Origin: an uncultured delta proteobacterium
Lineage (GTDB): Bacteria > Desulfobacterota > Binatia > Binatales > Binataceae
Direction of reading: 5' to 3'
DNA length: 64,000 nt
Assembly: GCA_963724395.1 (NCBI GenBank)
Contig: CAVRUK010000005.1
Coordinates: forward strand, 211,737-275,736
Notes under the pieces: model-generated
Database searches by the model: none
What the model saw: the letters and a program-made list of their open reading frames with translations, nothing else
What the model was told of the DNA's origin: nothing
Program-made: the position numbers and the translations under genes
Shown here: positions 54,833 to 64,000 of the stretch, piece after piece
Layout of the letters: each line of letters begins with the position of its first letter
Position numbering within the stretch: position 1 is the stretch's first letter

Positions 54833-55476
54833 GGCGCGAATTCGCCGCGCAGTCGGCCGACCTTCAGCCGCTCCGCGTTTACGATCGTTTCGAGCCGCGC
54901 GACCGACTTGCCTATCTCGGCGTTGACGATCAGGTAGTCGTATTCAGGATAGGCCTCGGCTTCTTCGCGCGCCTTGTGAAGACGATGCTGGATTTTCGAT
55001 TCTTCCTCGGTGGCGCGCCCGCGCAGGCGCCCCTCGAGTTCGGCGAAAGTCGGCGGCAGCACAAATATCCCGACCGCGTCGTGCGGATACTTTGCGCGAA
55101 TCTGCCGCGCGCCCTGGATGTCGATATCGAGCAGGATGTCGCGGCCCGTCGCGACCGCGTTGTCCAGCGGCGCCCGCGGCGTGCCATAAGATGACTCGAA
55201 CACCCGCGCCCATTCGGCGAGCTCGCCCGACGATTGTCTGCGCTTGAACTCTTCCTCACTCACGAAGCTGTAATCGATTCCGTCCGCCTCGCCTTCCCGC
55301 GGCGCGCGCGTGGTCAGGGATATGGAAAACTCCAACCCCGCTATCGCCTTCAGCGCCGCGCGATAGATCGTCGTCTTGCCCGCGCCCGACGGCGCCGAAA
55401 GGATGAAGATTATACCACGTCTCGGCGGCAACGGATCGTCTGATTTCAAGCGTATAGAACCATCAACCGGCTGCAA
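54820..55476 (-). CDS. gmk: Guanylate kinase
   Basis: GIIFILSAPSGAGKTT P-loop, TTRAPREGE and ILLDIDIQGA. The start codon is TTG. The 3' end overlaps the spoT start by 13 nt. Confidence 0.92.
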   Translation of the reverse strand: MQPVDGSIRLKSDDPLPPRRGIIFILSAPSGAGKTTIYRAALKAIAGLEFSISLTTRAPREGEADGIDYSFVSEEEFKRRQSSGELAEWARVFESSYGTPRAPLDNAVATGRDILLDIDIQGARQIRAKYPHDAVGIFVLPPTFAELEGRLRGRATEEESKIQHRLHKAREEAEAYPEYDYLIVNAEIGKSVARLETIVNAERLKVGRLRGEFAPWKS

Positions 55477-55494
55477 AGGCCCTTGCAGTATATA

Positions 55495-56370
55495 CTATTC
55501 GACGTTCTGGACCTGCTCGCGCATCTTTTCCGCTTCTGCCTTAACTTCAACCGTTACTTGAGATAACGCCGCGTTCTGCGACTTCGAGCCCATCGTATTC
55601 ACTTCGCGATTTATTTCCTGCAGCAGAAATTCAATCGACTTCCCCACCTGCCCCTTGCGCTTGAGCAGCGCCTTCAGCCCCTCGAGATGCGTCCGCAGCC
55701 GCGTGATCTCTTCGCTGATATCGCCGTGCTGCGACGCCGACGACGCCTCCTCGTAGAGGCGTTTCTCGTTCACCGGCAGGTCCTCGAGCAGCTCGCGAAT
55801 GCGCTTGTGGAAATTCTCCATGATCTCCGCGCGCGACTGTTCCGCCAGCCGTTCAATCCTCGGCACCGCCGCTTCTATCTTGCGTATCCGCGCCTCGAAA
55901 TCGTCATGCAGGCTGCGGCCTTCGCGCACGCGCTCCGCTTCCAGCGCCTTCAACGCGCGAACCAGCGCCTTGTGGCCGAGCGTGAACGCCCCGCGCGACT
56001 CGTGCTCCTCCTCGACCACGTGAAAAATCTCGGGCCGGTTCAGGATCGATCCGATTTCCGGATTGCCGTTGAGATGAAGCTGCTTGCCGAGACGCCGCAG
56101 TTCAGCGACGTACAGATTCGCCAGCCGGTCGTTCACTTCCAGCCGCACCGGCGGCGGCTTCAGCGCAACCGCCTTGATAAAAATTTCGACCCGCCCGCGC
56201 GCCACCACGCTCTGCACCGTCTTGCGAATCTCCGCTTCATGCTCGCCCCATCCACGCGGCACCGCCAGCTTGAGTTCAAAAAATCTTTGGTTGAGTGCCC
56301 GCACTTCCGCAGTCACTCGAGTGCCGTCGTGTTCGGCGATAGCCCGGCCGAATCCAGTCATGCTTTTCAT
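55495..56370 (-). CDS. yicC: YicC/YloC-family protein (stress-induced endoribonuclease family)
   Basis: MKSMTGFGRA N-terminus and C-terminal EFLLQEINREVNTMGSKS. Confidence 0.88.
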   Translation of the reverse strand: MKSMTGFGRAIAEHDGTRVTAEVRALNQRFFELKLAVPRGWGEHEAEIRKTVQSVVARGRVEIFIKAVALKPPPVRLEVNDRLANLYVAELRRLGKQLHLNGNPEIGSILNRPEIFHVVEEEHESRGAFTLGHKALVRALKALEAERVREGRSLHDDFEARIRKIEAAVPRIERLAEQSRAEIMENFHKRIRELLEDLPVNEKRLYEEASSASQHGDISEEITRLRTHLEGLKALLKRKGQVGKSIEFLLQEINREVNTMGSKSQNAALSQVTVEVKAEAEKMREQVQNVE

Positions 56371-57548
56371 GCAACTTCGTCCCTTTCTCCCCGCGTTTTT
56401 CTCACGCACGCGCGATAGAGTGCCAGCGTCCGCCCCGCCATCTTTTCCATCGAGTAATTTTCCATGACGCGCGCGCGCGCCGCCGCGCCCATCTGCGCCC
56501 GCAACCCGGCCGATTCCGCCAGCCGATGAATCGCCGACGCAATTTTTTCAGGATGCGCCGGCGGCACGAGGTCTCCCGTGCGATCGTCCGCCACTTCGCG
56601 AAGGCCGCCGACGTCGCTCGCAATCAATGGAAGACCGCTCGCCATGGCTTCCAGAGCGGCCACGCCGAGCCCTTCTTTCAGTGACGGCATTACGAAAATG
56701 TCCGACGCCCAGAGAATTTCGCGCGGGTCATCGACTCTGCCCAGCAGCTCGATTCGCTGAGTGCATCGGACTACCGCAATTTCTCGTTGCAGTACTACGC
56801 GAATCGATCCCTGACCAGCGATAAGACACTTGAACTTCCCGGTTGCCGCGAGCGCTCCGATCGCTTCGATCAGAAAGCGGTGACCCTTGCGCTGCTCGAG
56901 CGCACCGACCGCTGATATCACGATTTCATCATCCGAAATTCCAAGCGCGGCTCGCGCATCCGCACGTTCCTGCGGAGTTGGCCGGCGGAAGCGTTCGCAA
57001 TCCACGCCACTATGAACCACCGTGACGCGTCGTCGATCGACGCCCGCCGCCGCCAGCGAATCAGCCACGCCCCCTGAGATGGCGACCACCGCATCGACCG
57101 CCCGATTGTACAGGTACGGCGCAAACACGCGATTGGGCCTGTCGTCCATCCGCCGCGTAACGACCAGCGCTCGCGCGAAACCGCGCGCAAACGGCGCCAT
57201 CGAATGCGCACGCGAGGTGTGGAAATGCACTACGTCATAGTGCTCGCGTTTAAGTATCGCGCGCAGCCGGATACCGGCCACCAGGTCGATCGCGTTGTGG
57301 ATTCGGATCGGATGACATCTTATCCCCGCCGCGGCGGCCCGCTCCCAGAGCCATCCCGCGGGATCGCAAATCAGCTCCGCGCGATGCCCCTCGGCGGCCA
57401 GCGCGAGCGTCAATCCCAACACCTGCGTCTCGCCGCCGGCGAAGCCGAGTTCGGGATCGACGCCGACGATGCTCAACGCCGACGCGTCGGCCGTGTCGCT
57501 GTCGTCAGGCACTTGAATGGCCTCATCAAGTTGAGCCGTCTGCGTCAT
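56367..57548 (-). CDS. Family-4 (GT-B, group 1) glycosyltransferase
   Basis: GGETQVLGLTLALAAEGH, and the C-terminal EGLGVAALEAMASGLPLIASDVGGLREV (the E-x7-E region). Confidence 0.82.
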   Translation of the reverse strand: MTQTAQLDEAIQVPDDSDTADASALSIVGVDPELGFAGGETQVLGLTLALAAEGHRAELICDPAGWLWERAAAAGIRCHPIRIHNAIDLVAGIRLRAILKREHYDVVHFHTSRAHSMAPFARGFARALVVTRRMDDRPNRVFAPYLYNRAVDAVVAISGGVADSLAAAGVDRRRVTVVHSGVDCERFRRPTPQERADARAALGISDDEIVISAVGALEQRKGHRFLIEAIGALAATGKFKCLIAGQGSIRVVLQREIAVVRCTQRIELLGRVDDPREILWASDIFVMPSLKEGLGVAALEAMASGLPLIASDVGGLREVADDRTGDLVPPAHPEKIASAIHRLAESAGLRAQMGAAARARVMENYSMEKMAGRTLALYRACVRKTRGERDEVA

Positions 57549-57566
57549 ATCACAGTTTGGACCGCA

Positions 57567-58259
57567 TCAATTGAAAAATCTGTAATACAAAATTGCGCAG
57601 ACCGCCGTCAGCGCGTCGCGAATGCCTATTTTCTTGCCTTCTTCGTAGGTCCGTCCCGCGTACGACACCGGCACTTCATAGATTCGCCATCGCGCACGCG
57701 CCGCCTTCGCCGTAATCTCGGGCTCGAAGGTGAAGCGATTGGCGTTGAGCTTCAGCAACATCAGCTTCTCGCGCACGAATGCCTTCATACCGGTCTCCAT
57801 GTCGGTCAGGTTGAGATCGTTGACCATGTCGGAGAGCAGCGTTATCGAGCGGTTCGCTACGTAATGCCAGAAGAACATGACGCGATGCGGCCCCGACAGG
57901 AAGCGCGAGCCGAAAACCATGTCGGCGCGGCCGTCGAGCATCGGCTCGATCATCGCGGCGTAGTCGCGCGGATCGTATTCGAGGTCGGCGTCCTGCACGA
58001 ACAGATAAGGATGTTTCGCCGCCGCGAAGCCCAGCCGCAGCGCGGCGCCTTTGCCGCGGTTGACCTCGTGAAAAAAACATCGAACTTGTGGATGCTCGAG
58101 CTGGCGCAGATATTTCGCCGTGCCGTCGGTCGAAGCGTCGTCGACCACGATGATCTCAGGATCAAACCCGCAATCCAGCACGCGCTCGATCACGCGGCCA
58201 ATCGTGGCCGCCTCGTTATACACAGGAATCACCACCGAAATCTTGATCCGCTCCGTCAT
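57567..58259 (-). CDS. Family-2 glycosyltransferase (dolichyl/polyprenyl-phosphate sugar synthase-like)
   Basis: ISVVIPVYNEAATI, IIVVDDASTDGT, NRGKGAALRLG and VQDADLEYDP. The start is taken at MTERIK. Confidence 0.85.
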   Translation of the reverse strand: MTERIKISVVIPVYNEAATIGRVIERVLDCGFDPEIIVVDDASTDGTAKYLRQLEHPQVRCFFHEVNRGKGAALRLGFAAAKHPYLFVQDADLEYDPRDYAAMIEPMLDGRADMVFGSRFLSGPHRVMFFWHYVANRSITLLSDMVNDLNLTDMETGMKAFVREKLMLLKLNANRFTFEPEITAKAARARWRIYEVPVSYAGRTYEEGKKIGIRDALTAVCAILYYRFFN

Positions 58260-59122
58260 CAGCTTCCCCTCGCCTCTCTGTGTTGCCCGACAGACGACGA
58301 CGAGCGGGATGCCACCGCTGCGTCTTTGCGTTCGAGCACCATTCTCGCCTCCAGCATTGCTGTAACCCGCCGCCGTTGTACCCGCGGACGCCGCGCGGAA
58401 AACACCGCGGAGTATCCGCACCACACGCGCATACGATCTGTATTCGTCACGCCGCCGACGTCCAGATGCCCCAGTTGAACCAGGTTGCGCATCCGCGGCC
58501 GCTCGAAACGGCTCAGAATCGTCCGCCGCGTCCGTTCGTGATCGATGAATACGAATTGCGGCGGCTCGTGTCCCGTAACAAAGACATTGTAAGGCGTCAG
58601 GTCGCCGTGGATATATCCGGCGCGATGCAGCCGCGCGACCTCCGCGCCCAGCGCTCGCAACACGACGCGCCTGGACGCGAGCTTCGCACGCTTCAAATGA
58701 CGCGCAACATTGGTTCCGTTGACCCGCTCGGTGACTATGATCTCGCGGCCGCCACGGCGCTCGGTGCCGAGCAGTAGAATTTCCGGGACTCCCATCGCGT
58801 CGGCTCGCAGATGCTTCGATATCGACGCAACGTGCGCCGCCCGGCTACGCCTGAAAATCCACCTGATTCGATTCAGCCCGCGAATCGGGTCGAGCACTTT
58901 GAAATAGGCGTCCGGACCTCCGACATGCTGAAAATGCGCGGACCATGTCTCGGCGTGACGCGAGCGTCGCACTCGCGTAGCCAGCGTGCCGTCGATCGCG
59001 GCAAATGCGGAATCGATCAGGCTCTCGCGCAACTCCGCGGAAAATCGCGCGTCGTAGCCCGGGAATAAAAAGGTCCATCCGCCGCGCGTCAACGGCACCC
59101 CGTCCGTCATCCACCGCGTCAT
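58259..59122 (-). CDS. Lipopolysaccharide kinase (Kdo/WaaP) family protein, second copy
   Basis: AYFKVL, IIVTERVNGTN and LHRAGYIHGDLTPYNVFV...FVFIDHERT. There is an ATGA overlap with the upstream heptosyltransferase and a 1-nt overlap with the GT2 gene. Confidence 0.72.
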   Translation of the reverse strand: MTRWMTDGVPLTRGGWTFLFPGYDARFSAELRESLIDSAFAAIDGTLATRVRRSRHAETWSAHFQHVGGPDAYFKVLDPIRGLNRIRWIFRRSRAAHVASISKHLRADAMGVPEILLLGTERRGGREIIVTERVNGTNVARHLKRAKLASRRVVLRALGAEVARLHRAGYIHGDLTPYNVFVTGHEPPQFVFIDHERTRRTILSRFERPRMRNLVQLGHLDVGGVTNTDRMRVWCGYSAVFSARRPRVQRRRVTAMLEARMVLERKDAAVASRSSSSVGQHREARGS

Positions 59123-60192
59123 TGCGCCACTCCGCGCATCGCGAGCGCGCGTCTGACGGTCAGGCTTACTTCGTCGGGTGATATTCGCCGCATGCATTCG
59201 CGCCCAATCGGGCACTGACGAAGATAGCAAGGATGACAGGGGATCGCGCCGCTGATTGCCAGCTCCGCGAAGCCCCAAGGCGCGGACCGCTCCGCCGCCG
59301 TCGCACCCCACAGCGACACGACCGGGCATCCAACGGCGGCCGCGATATGCATCGGGCCGGAGTCAGGCCCGAACGCGACCGCGCATTCGGGAAAGATCGC
59401 GATCAGATCGCGCAGCGAGGTGCGTCCGGCCAGGTTGAGCGCCGGCACACCGTCAAGATTGCGCATGACTTCGCCGGCGAGCGTCGTCTCGTCGGGACCG
59501 CCGAGCAACACCGGAAAAAGCCCCGGGCTCTCGCCGTCAGGGCTCGCGACCCTGCGAATCACCGCCGCGGTCGATTCGGGAAAGTAGATGCGGCTCACCC
59601 ACGACGAGCCAAGAATCACCGCCAGCAGAGGTCGCGGCGCATCGCGCAGCATTTCGAGCGCGCGGGCGCGTTCGGCGTCGGTCGCAGCGAGTCCAAACTC
59701 TATCGGCGACGGCGCAATGTCGAGCGCGTCGCCGAAAGCCTGGTATTGCAGGAGCTTCAGCCGCATATTCGGCTGCGCCGCGATCCGATGATTCGAAAAA
59801 AGATAGTTAAACTCCTTGGTATTCGGCGCGGAGAAACCAAACCGTTCGCGGGCGCCGGAGATCCACGACGTGAATCCGCTTTTCAGATGCCGCTGCAGAT
59901 CTATGACCAGGTCGAAATGCCCTTTGCGAACCCGCCACAGAAACGGAATGAACGTCCACGGCGCGTGCGCGCGATCGTACTCGATGATTTCGTCGAGCCA
60001 GCGATGGTGTTCAAGCACCGCCTTCGACTTGGGTTCCACCGCCCACGCGATGTGCGCATTGGGCCACGCGTTGCGGATGCGCCCGAGCAATGGCAGCGCA
60101 CGAACCACGTCGCCAATGGCACCAAGCAGCACGATCAACACGCGGCCAGGCGGCGGCGCGATTTGCGGTGCGATGGCTTCAGCGGAGGACAT
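59119..60192 (-). CDS. Family-9 glycosyltransferase (ADP-heptose:LPS heptosyltransferase, WaaC/WaaF-like)
   Basis: RVLIVLLGAIGDVVRALPLL, AWAVEPKSKAVLE and FGPDSGPMHIAAAVGCPVVSLWG. The start is taken at MSSAEAI. The upstream part of ORF 59119-60672 has no coding character. Confidence 0.82.
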   Translation of the reverse strand: MSSAEAIAPQIAPPPGRVLIVLLGAIGDVVRALPLLGRIRNAWPNAHIAWAVEPKSKAVLEHHRWLDEIIEYDRAHAPWTFIPFLWRVRKGHFDLVIDLQRHLKSGFTSWISGARERFGFSAPNTKEFNYLFSNHRIAAQPNMRLKLLQYQAFGDALDIAPSPIEFGLAATDAERARALEMLRDAPRPLLAVILGSSWVSRIYFPESTAAVIRRVASPDGESPGLFPVLLGGPDETTLAGEVMRNLDGVPALNLAGRTSLRDLIAIFPECAVAFGPDSGPMHIAAAVGCPVVSLWGATAAERSAPWGFAELAISGAIPCHPCYLRQCPIGRECMRRISPDEVSLTVRRALAMRGVAQ

Positions 60193-60334
60193 CTTGAGAC
60201 TGGTCGAGGCCGGTTCAACTCCAACGCTCGATGATAACGACGCGGACCGGCGCCGCAAAGAGCACTTGCGCCGTCTGTTCGCCGCGACCCCATCCACGTA
60301 TAAGAGGCGCTGAGATGGCGGAGGCAATCCTGAT

Positions 60335-62716
60335 TTGACGGACGAACTGCGCCGCCCGGGCAGTCTCATCGGGCCAATCACGCTCGCGATTCTGATCCTG
60401 CTCGGATTGCTGGCGATCCGCAGCATCGAGCCTCCACCTGCCGTTGACGCGAATGCGCCCGCCACGGAGTTCTCAGCGGCGCGCGCGATGCGCGAGGTGC
60501 GAGAGATCGCCAAAAGGCCCCATCCGCTCGGCTCCGCCGAAAATGATCGGGTGCGCGAGTACCTCGTCGGGCGCTTCCGCGAGCTCGGCGCGAATCCCGA
60601 GGTCCAGACCGTGACCGTCGCGCGCCACATTCCATTTGGGCCGGATACGTGGGCCGTGGCGAACAATCTCATAGCGAAGATTCCCGGTACGCACCCGACC
60701 GGCGCAGTGATGATCGTCGCGCACTACGACTCGGTGCCGAGCGGTCCCGGCGCAGGCGACGACGCCGCGTCGGTCGCGGCAATCCTCGAAACGATTCGCG
60801 CGCTTAAGGCTGGCGCGACCCCGCTGCGCAACGATCTGATGGTTCTGTTCACCGATGGCGAGGAACTCGGGCTGCTCGGCGCGAAGGGTTTTGTCGAAAC
60901 GTACCCGGGGCTCCGCAACATCAAGGTCGTGCTGAACTTCGAGATGCGCGGCGACTACGGTCCATCGATGATGTTCCAGGCCAGCGCCCACGATTCGTGG
61001 CTGATCGATCAACTAGCGGCCGCGGCGCCATTTCCTTACGCCACCTCGGCCGCCGCGGCCGTGTACAAGCGCTTGCCGAATGACACGGACTTGACGGTTT
61101 TTCTCGACGCCGGCATGGCTGGGATGAACTTCGCGGCGGCCGGGGGAATCACGCGCTATCACACCGCACTCGACAACGCCGACTTGCTCAATCAGCGCAC
61201 ACTGCAACATCAGGGGACGTACGCGCTCTCGATGGCGCAGCGGTTCGGCTCGATTGATCTGAACGATCCGCGCACGGACGATGCGGTTTTCTTCTCCGTC
61301 GCCGAAACGTTGATTCACTACACGTCACGACTCGCGCTTCCTCTCGCGATCCTGGTGACGATCCTGTTTATCGTTGTCATCTGGCTTGGAATTCGCGACG
61401 GACGTTTCAGCATCGGCGCCATTGCGGCCGGCGTTGCGATCTATGCGATTGCAATCGCAGTCGCGCTCGCCGAGGCGCGCGGTGTGTGGTGGATGATGGC
61501 GACGTTCGCGGGCTGGCGAATGTTGCCGGTCCACACAACCTACGGCGGCTTCTACTATTCGGTCGGGGCGGACGCGCTGATATTCGGCACGTTGTGGGCC
61601 GCGTATGCGCTGATCAGCCGCTCGATTCGTTTGCAAAACCTTGGCGCGGGCGCGCTCGCGGTGTGGACGCTCATGATGCTCGCCACGAGCATCGCGATGC
61701 CCGGCGGCAGTTACATCCTGACGTGGCCGCTGCTGTTCGCGACGCTCGCGATGTTCTATCGCCCGGTCGCGACCGACCGGCGCGCCGCGATTCTCGCGTT
61801 GGTGGCGTTGGCGCCGGGAACCGTGATGCTCGCGCCGTCGTTCGCCGCAAGCGCCGACGGCACCATGCTGTTTCTCGTACTTTGCGGGTTGACGGCCACC
61901 CTGCTCTTCGGCTTGTTCATCCCTTACATCGAGTTTCTCACCGACGGACGGCAATGGATCGTGCCTGCCGTGCTCGGAATGCTCGCGATCGCGATGTTCG
62001 TGCAGGGCAACGTATTCAGCAACTTCGACGCATCTCGGCCGCATCCCGACAGTATCTTTTATTTTCTCGACGCCGACCGCGGACGCGCGCGATGGGTCAG
62101 TCTTGATTCACGGCCCGACAGCTTCACGTCGCAGTTTTTCCAGCATCACGTGCGCGGCGGGTGGCTGCCGCGGCTCACTGGTCTCGCGACCGACGACACG
62201 CCGACGCCGAGCCTCGCGAGCATCTCGACCAAATATCGCGACTTCGCGCATCTGAATCGCGGCCGAACGACCGAGGGCGACGCGCCTCTAATCAACGCGT
62301 CGCCGCCGGAGCTCAAGGTTCTCGACGACTCGACGATAGCCGGCGTCCGCACCGTGAAGATGCATATCGGGTCGGCGCGCGGCGCATCGATCGTGTGGAT
62401 GTCGGTGCCGGTAGGCGTGACGGTGATCGGCAGCTCGATCGACGGCAAGTCGCCGGGCGATCAGATCACCGACGGCTGGTCGGGATGGTACCGGCACGCG
62501 CCGCTGAGCGGCTTCGACCTCGAACTCAAACTCGCGGCGCCCGCGCCGTTCTTCGTCACTGTGATCGATCAGACCGACGGGTTGCCTGTGACGCCGGACT
62601 TCTCATTCAAGCCGCGGCCGGCCGTTACGATGCCGACGCCGTTCCTGTTTTTCGATTCGACAACGCTGGTCAGAAAGACGTTTGCGATTGGCGGCGAGCG
62701 GGTGGCCCGCCGCTGA
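60335..62716 (+). CDS. M28-family metallopeptidase fused to a polytopic membrane domain and a C-terminal extracytoplasmic domain
   Basis: N-terminal TM, then the M28 motifs VAHYDSV, GAGDDAASVAAILE and LFTDGEELGLLGAKGF. About 8 TM helices follow (residues ~330-560), then a ~230-aa soluble tail. The start codon is TTG. Confidence 0.8.
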   Translation: MTDELRRPGSLIGPITLAILILLGLLAIRSIEPPPAVDANAPATEFSAARAMREVREIAKRPHPLGSAENDRVREYLVGRFRELGANPEVQTVTVARHIPFGPDTWAVANNLIAKIPGTHPTGAVMIVAHYDSVPSGPGAGDDAASVAAILETIRALKAGATPLRNDLMVLFTDGEELGLLGAKGFVETYPGLRNIKVVLNFEMRGDYGPSMMFQASAHDSWLIDQLAAAAPFPYATSAAAAVYKRLPNDTDLTVFLDAGMAGMNFAAAGGITRYHTALDNADLLNQRTLQHQGTYALSMAQRFGSIDLNDPRTDDAVFFSVAETLIHYTSRLALPLAILVTILFIVVIWLGIRDGRFSIGAIAAGVAIYAIAIAVALAEARGVWWMMATFAGWRMLPVHTTYGGFYYSVGADALIFGTLWAAYALISRSIRLQNLGAGALAVWTLMMLATSIAMPGGSYILTWPLLFATLAMFYRPVATDRRAAILALVALAPGTVMLAPSFAASADGTMLFLVLCGLTATLLFGLFIPYIEFLTDGRQWIVPAVLGMLAIAMFVQGNVFSNFDASRPHPDSIFYFLDADRGRARWVSLDSRPDSFTSQFFQHHVRGGWLPRLTGLATDDTPTPSLASISTKYRDFAHLNRGRTTEGDAPLINASPPELKVLDDSTIAGVRTVKMHIGSARGASIVWMSVPVGVTVIGSSIDGKSPGDQITDGWSGWYRHAPLSGFDLELKLAAPAPFFVTVIDQTDGLPVTPDFSFKPRPAVTMPTPFLFFDSTTLVRKTFAIGGERVARR

Positions 62717-62719
62717 CGG

Positions 62720-63934
62720 TTAGCGGTCGCATTCGCCGCCGATCATGTTGATCATTCCGAAGGTCGTGATGATGTCCGGGATCATGCGGCCTATCAGCAT
62801 CTTGTTTAGTGCTCCCATGCCCAGGAAACATGGCGGGCGCACGCGGACGCGGTAGGGACGGCCGCTGCCGTCGCTTACGACGTAAAATCCCAACTCGCCG
62901 TTGGCGCCCTCGACCGCCTGGTAAACCTCGCCGGCGGGCACGTGGATGCCCTCCATGATCAGCTTGAAGTGGTTCATCAGGCCTTCGATCGAGTTGTAAA
63001 CTTTCTCTTTTTCCGGCAGCACGACTTTTGGATCGGTGATCGTGACCGGCCCTTGGGGCAGCGCCTTGAGCGCCTGCTCGATGATTCGCTTCGACTGATA
63101 CATCTCCTGGAAGCGGACGTTGAAGCGATCGTAGTTGTCGCCGCGGTCGCCCACCGGCACCTCGAACTCCATCCGGTCGTACACCAGGTACGGATGCGCC
63201 TTGCGCACGTCGTACGACACGCCGGTCGCGCGCAGCAGAGGACCGCTTAGCCCGTACGAGATTGCCTCCTGCCGCGAAAACTTCCCGACTCCGGCCATCC
63301 TGTCGATGAATACGCGATTGCGCGAGAGCAGCTTGTCGCAGTCGCTGAGAACCTGGTCGAGCCGCGCGAACGACGCCTTCATCCGATCCGGAAAGTCCGC
63401 GGGCAGGTCATGCGTCATGCCGCCGACGCGGCACCATGTTACGGTGAGCCGCGCGCCTGTGACCGCTTCGATCAGGTCGTAGAGAAATTCGCGCGCCTCC
63501 AGCATGTAGAAGGCCACGGTCGTCGCGCCGACTTCGCTCGACGCCATCCCGAGGCACGTCAGGTGGTCGGCGATGCGCGCGACTTCGCTCATGATCATGC
63601 GCACGTACTTGCATCGCTCGGTCGTGTCGAGGGCGAGCAGGCGTTCGACGGCCAGCGCGAAGCCGACGTTGTTGATGCATGGCGACGCGTAGTTCAGCCG
63701 GTCGGTGTAGGGGAAGCATTGCGTCCAGGTGCCCTGCTCGCACATCTTTTCGAACCCGCGATGCAGGAAGCCGACTTCGACGTCGCAATCGACGATGCGC
63801 TCGCCGTCGAGCTTGAGGTTGAACTTGATGGTGCCGTGGGACGCAGGATGCGACGGCCCCATTTGGAGTTCCATGATCTCGTCGGACGGATCCGACGGCA
63901 CGATTTTGTCCTTCCAGCGCGCGGGTAGTGCCAT
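62720..63934 (-). CDS. nuoD: NADH-quinone oxidoreductase subunit D
   Basis: MELQMGPSHPASHGTIKF, GFLHRGFEKM, RICAEL-equivalent region and the C-terminal DIITTFGMINMIGGECDR. Confidence 0.95.
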   Translation of the reverse strand: MALPARWKDKIVPSDPSDEIMELQMGPSHPASHGTIKFNLKLDGERIVDCDVEVGFLHRGFEKMCEQGTWTQCFPYTDRLNYASPCINNVGFALAVERLLALDTTERCKYVRMIMSEVARIADHLTCLGMASSEVGATTVAFYMLEAREFLYDLIEAVTGARLTVTWCRVGGMTHDLPADFPDRMKASFARLDQVLSDCDKLLSRNRVFIDRMAGVGKFSRQEAISYGLSGPLLRATGVSYDVRKAHPYLVYDRMEFEVPVGDRGDNYDRFNVRFQEMYQSKRIIEQALKALPQGPVTITDPKVVLPEKEKVYNSIEGLMNHFKLIMEGIHVPAGEVYQAVEGANGELGFYVVSDGSGRPYRVRVRPPCFLGMGALNKMLIGRMIPDIITTFGMINMIGGECDR

Positions 63935-63955
63935 GGCTTGTGTCGAGTCGTGTCT

Positions 63956-64000
63956 TCAGCGCGAGGAGCGGATCGGATTCACGACCGGGTCGATCTCCGG
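63956..64000 (-). CDS. 3' end of the upstream nuo gene (probably nuoC), truncated by the window edge
   Basis: The open frame ends ...PEIDPVVNPIRSSR followed by TGA at 63958-63956, 21 nt upstream of nuoD. Identity is inferred from synteny only. Confidence 0.4.
   Translation of the reverse strand, partial: PEIDPVVNPIRSSR

Overview
GC-rich chromosomal segment from a diderm (Gram-negative-type) bacterium, dominated by housekeeping genes and envelope biogenesis. Positions 1-8306 (minus strand) hold the conserved cluster tRNA-Thr/Tyr/Gly/Thr - rpmG - tRNA-Trp - secE - nusG - rplKAJL - rpoB. The rest is an unusually large outer-membrane/LPS supercluster: lptFG, lpxL, an orphan GspD-type secretin, lolCE-lolD, bamA, skp, fabZ, lpxA, lpxI, lpxB, msbA, waaA, lpxK, Trm112/YcaR, several glycosyltransferases, two LPS-kinase-like genes and a heptosyltransferase. 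It is interspersed with moaA, a secreted 8-bladed propeller protein, a RIO-type kinase, ridA-relA/spoT-gmk-yicC, an M28 membrane peptidase and nuoD. Observations of interest: (1) an 8.6-kb copper/thiol-redox island (3 SCO paralogs, TlpA, CopCD, rhodanese-MauE, a PCYCGC protein, a DUF2318-like protein, two porin-like barrels) splitting the lipid A operon; (2) a decayed mobile-element scar (serine-recombinase relic, truncated GT2, inverted GT2) between msbA and waaA; (3) a family of about 45-nt REP-like hairpin elements bracketing the secretin; (4) a promoter / mini-ORF / terminator leader upstream of the RIO kinase; (5) six single-base frame breaks in otherwise intact genes (rpoB x2, rplA, lptF x2, tlpA), which look like assembly indels. 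No CRISPR array, rRNA or intact transposase was seen. All functional calls come from motif recognition by eye. No database search was run.
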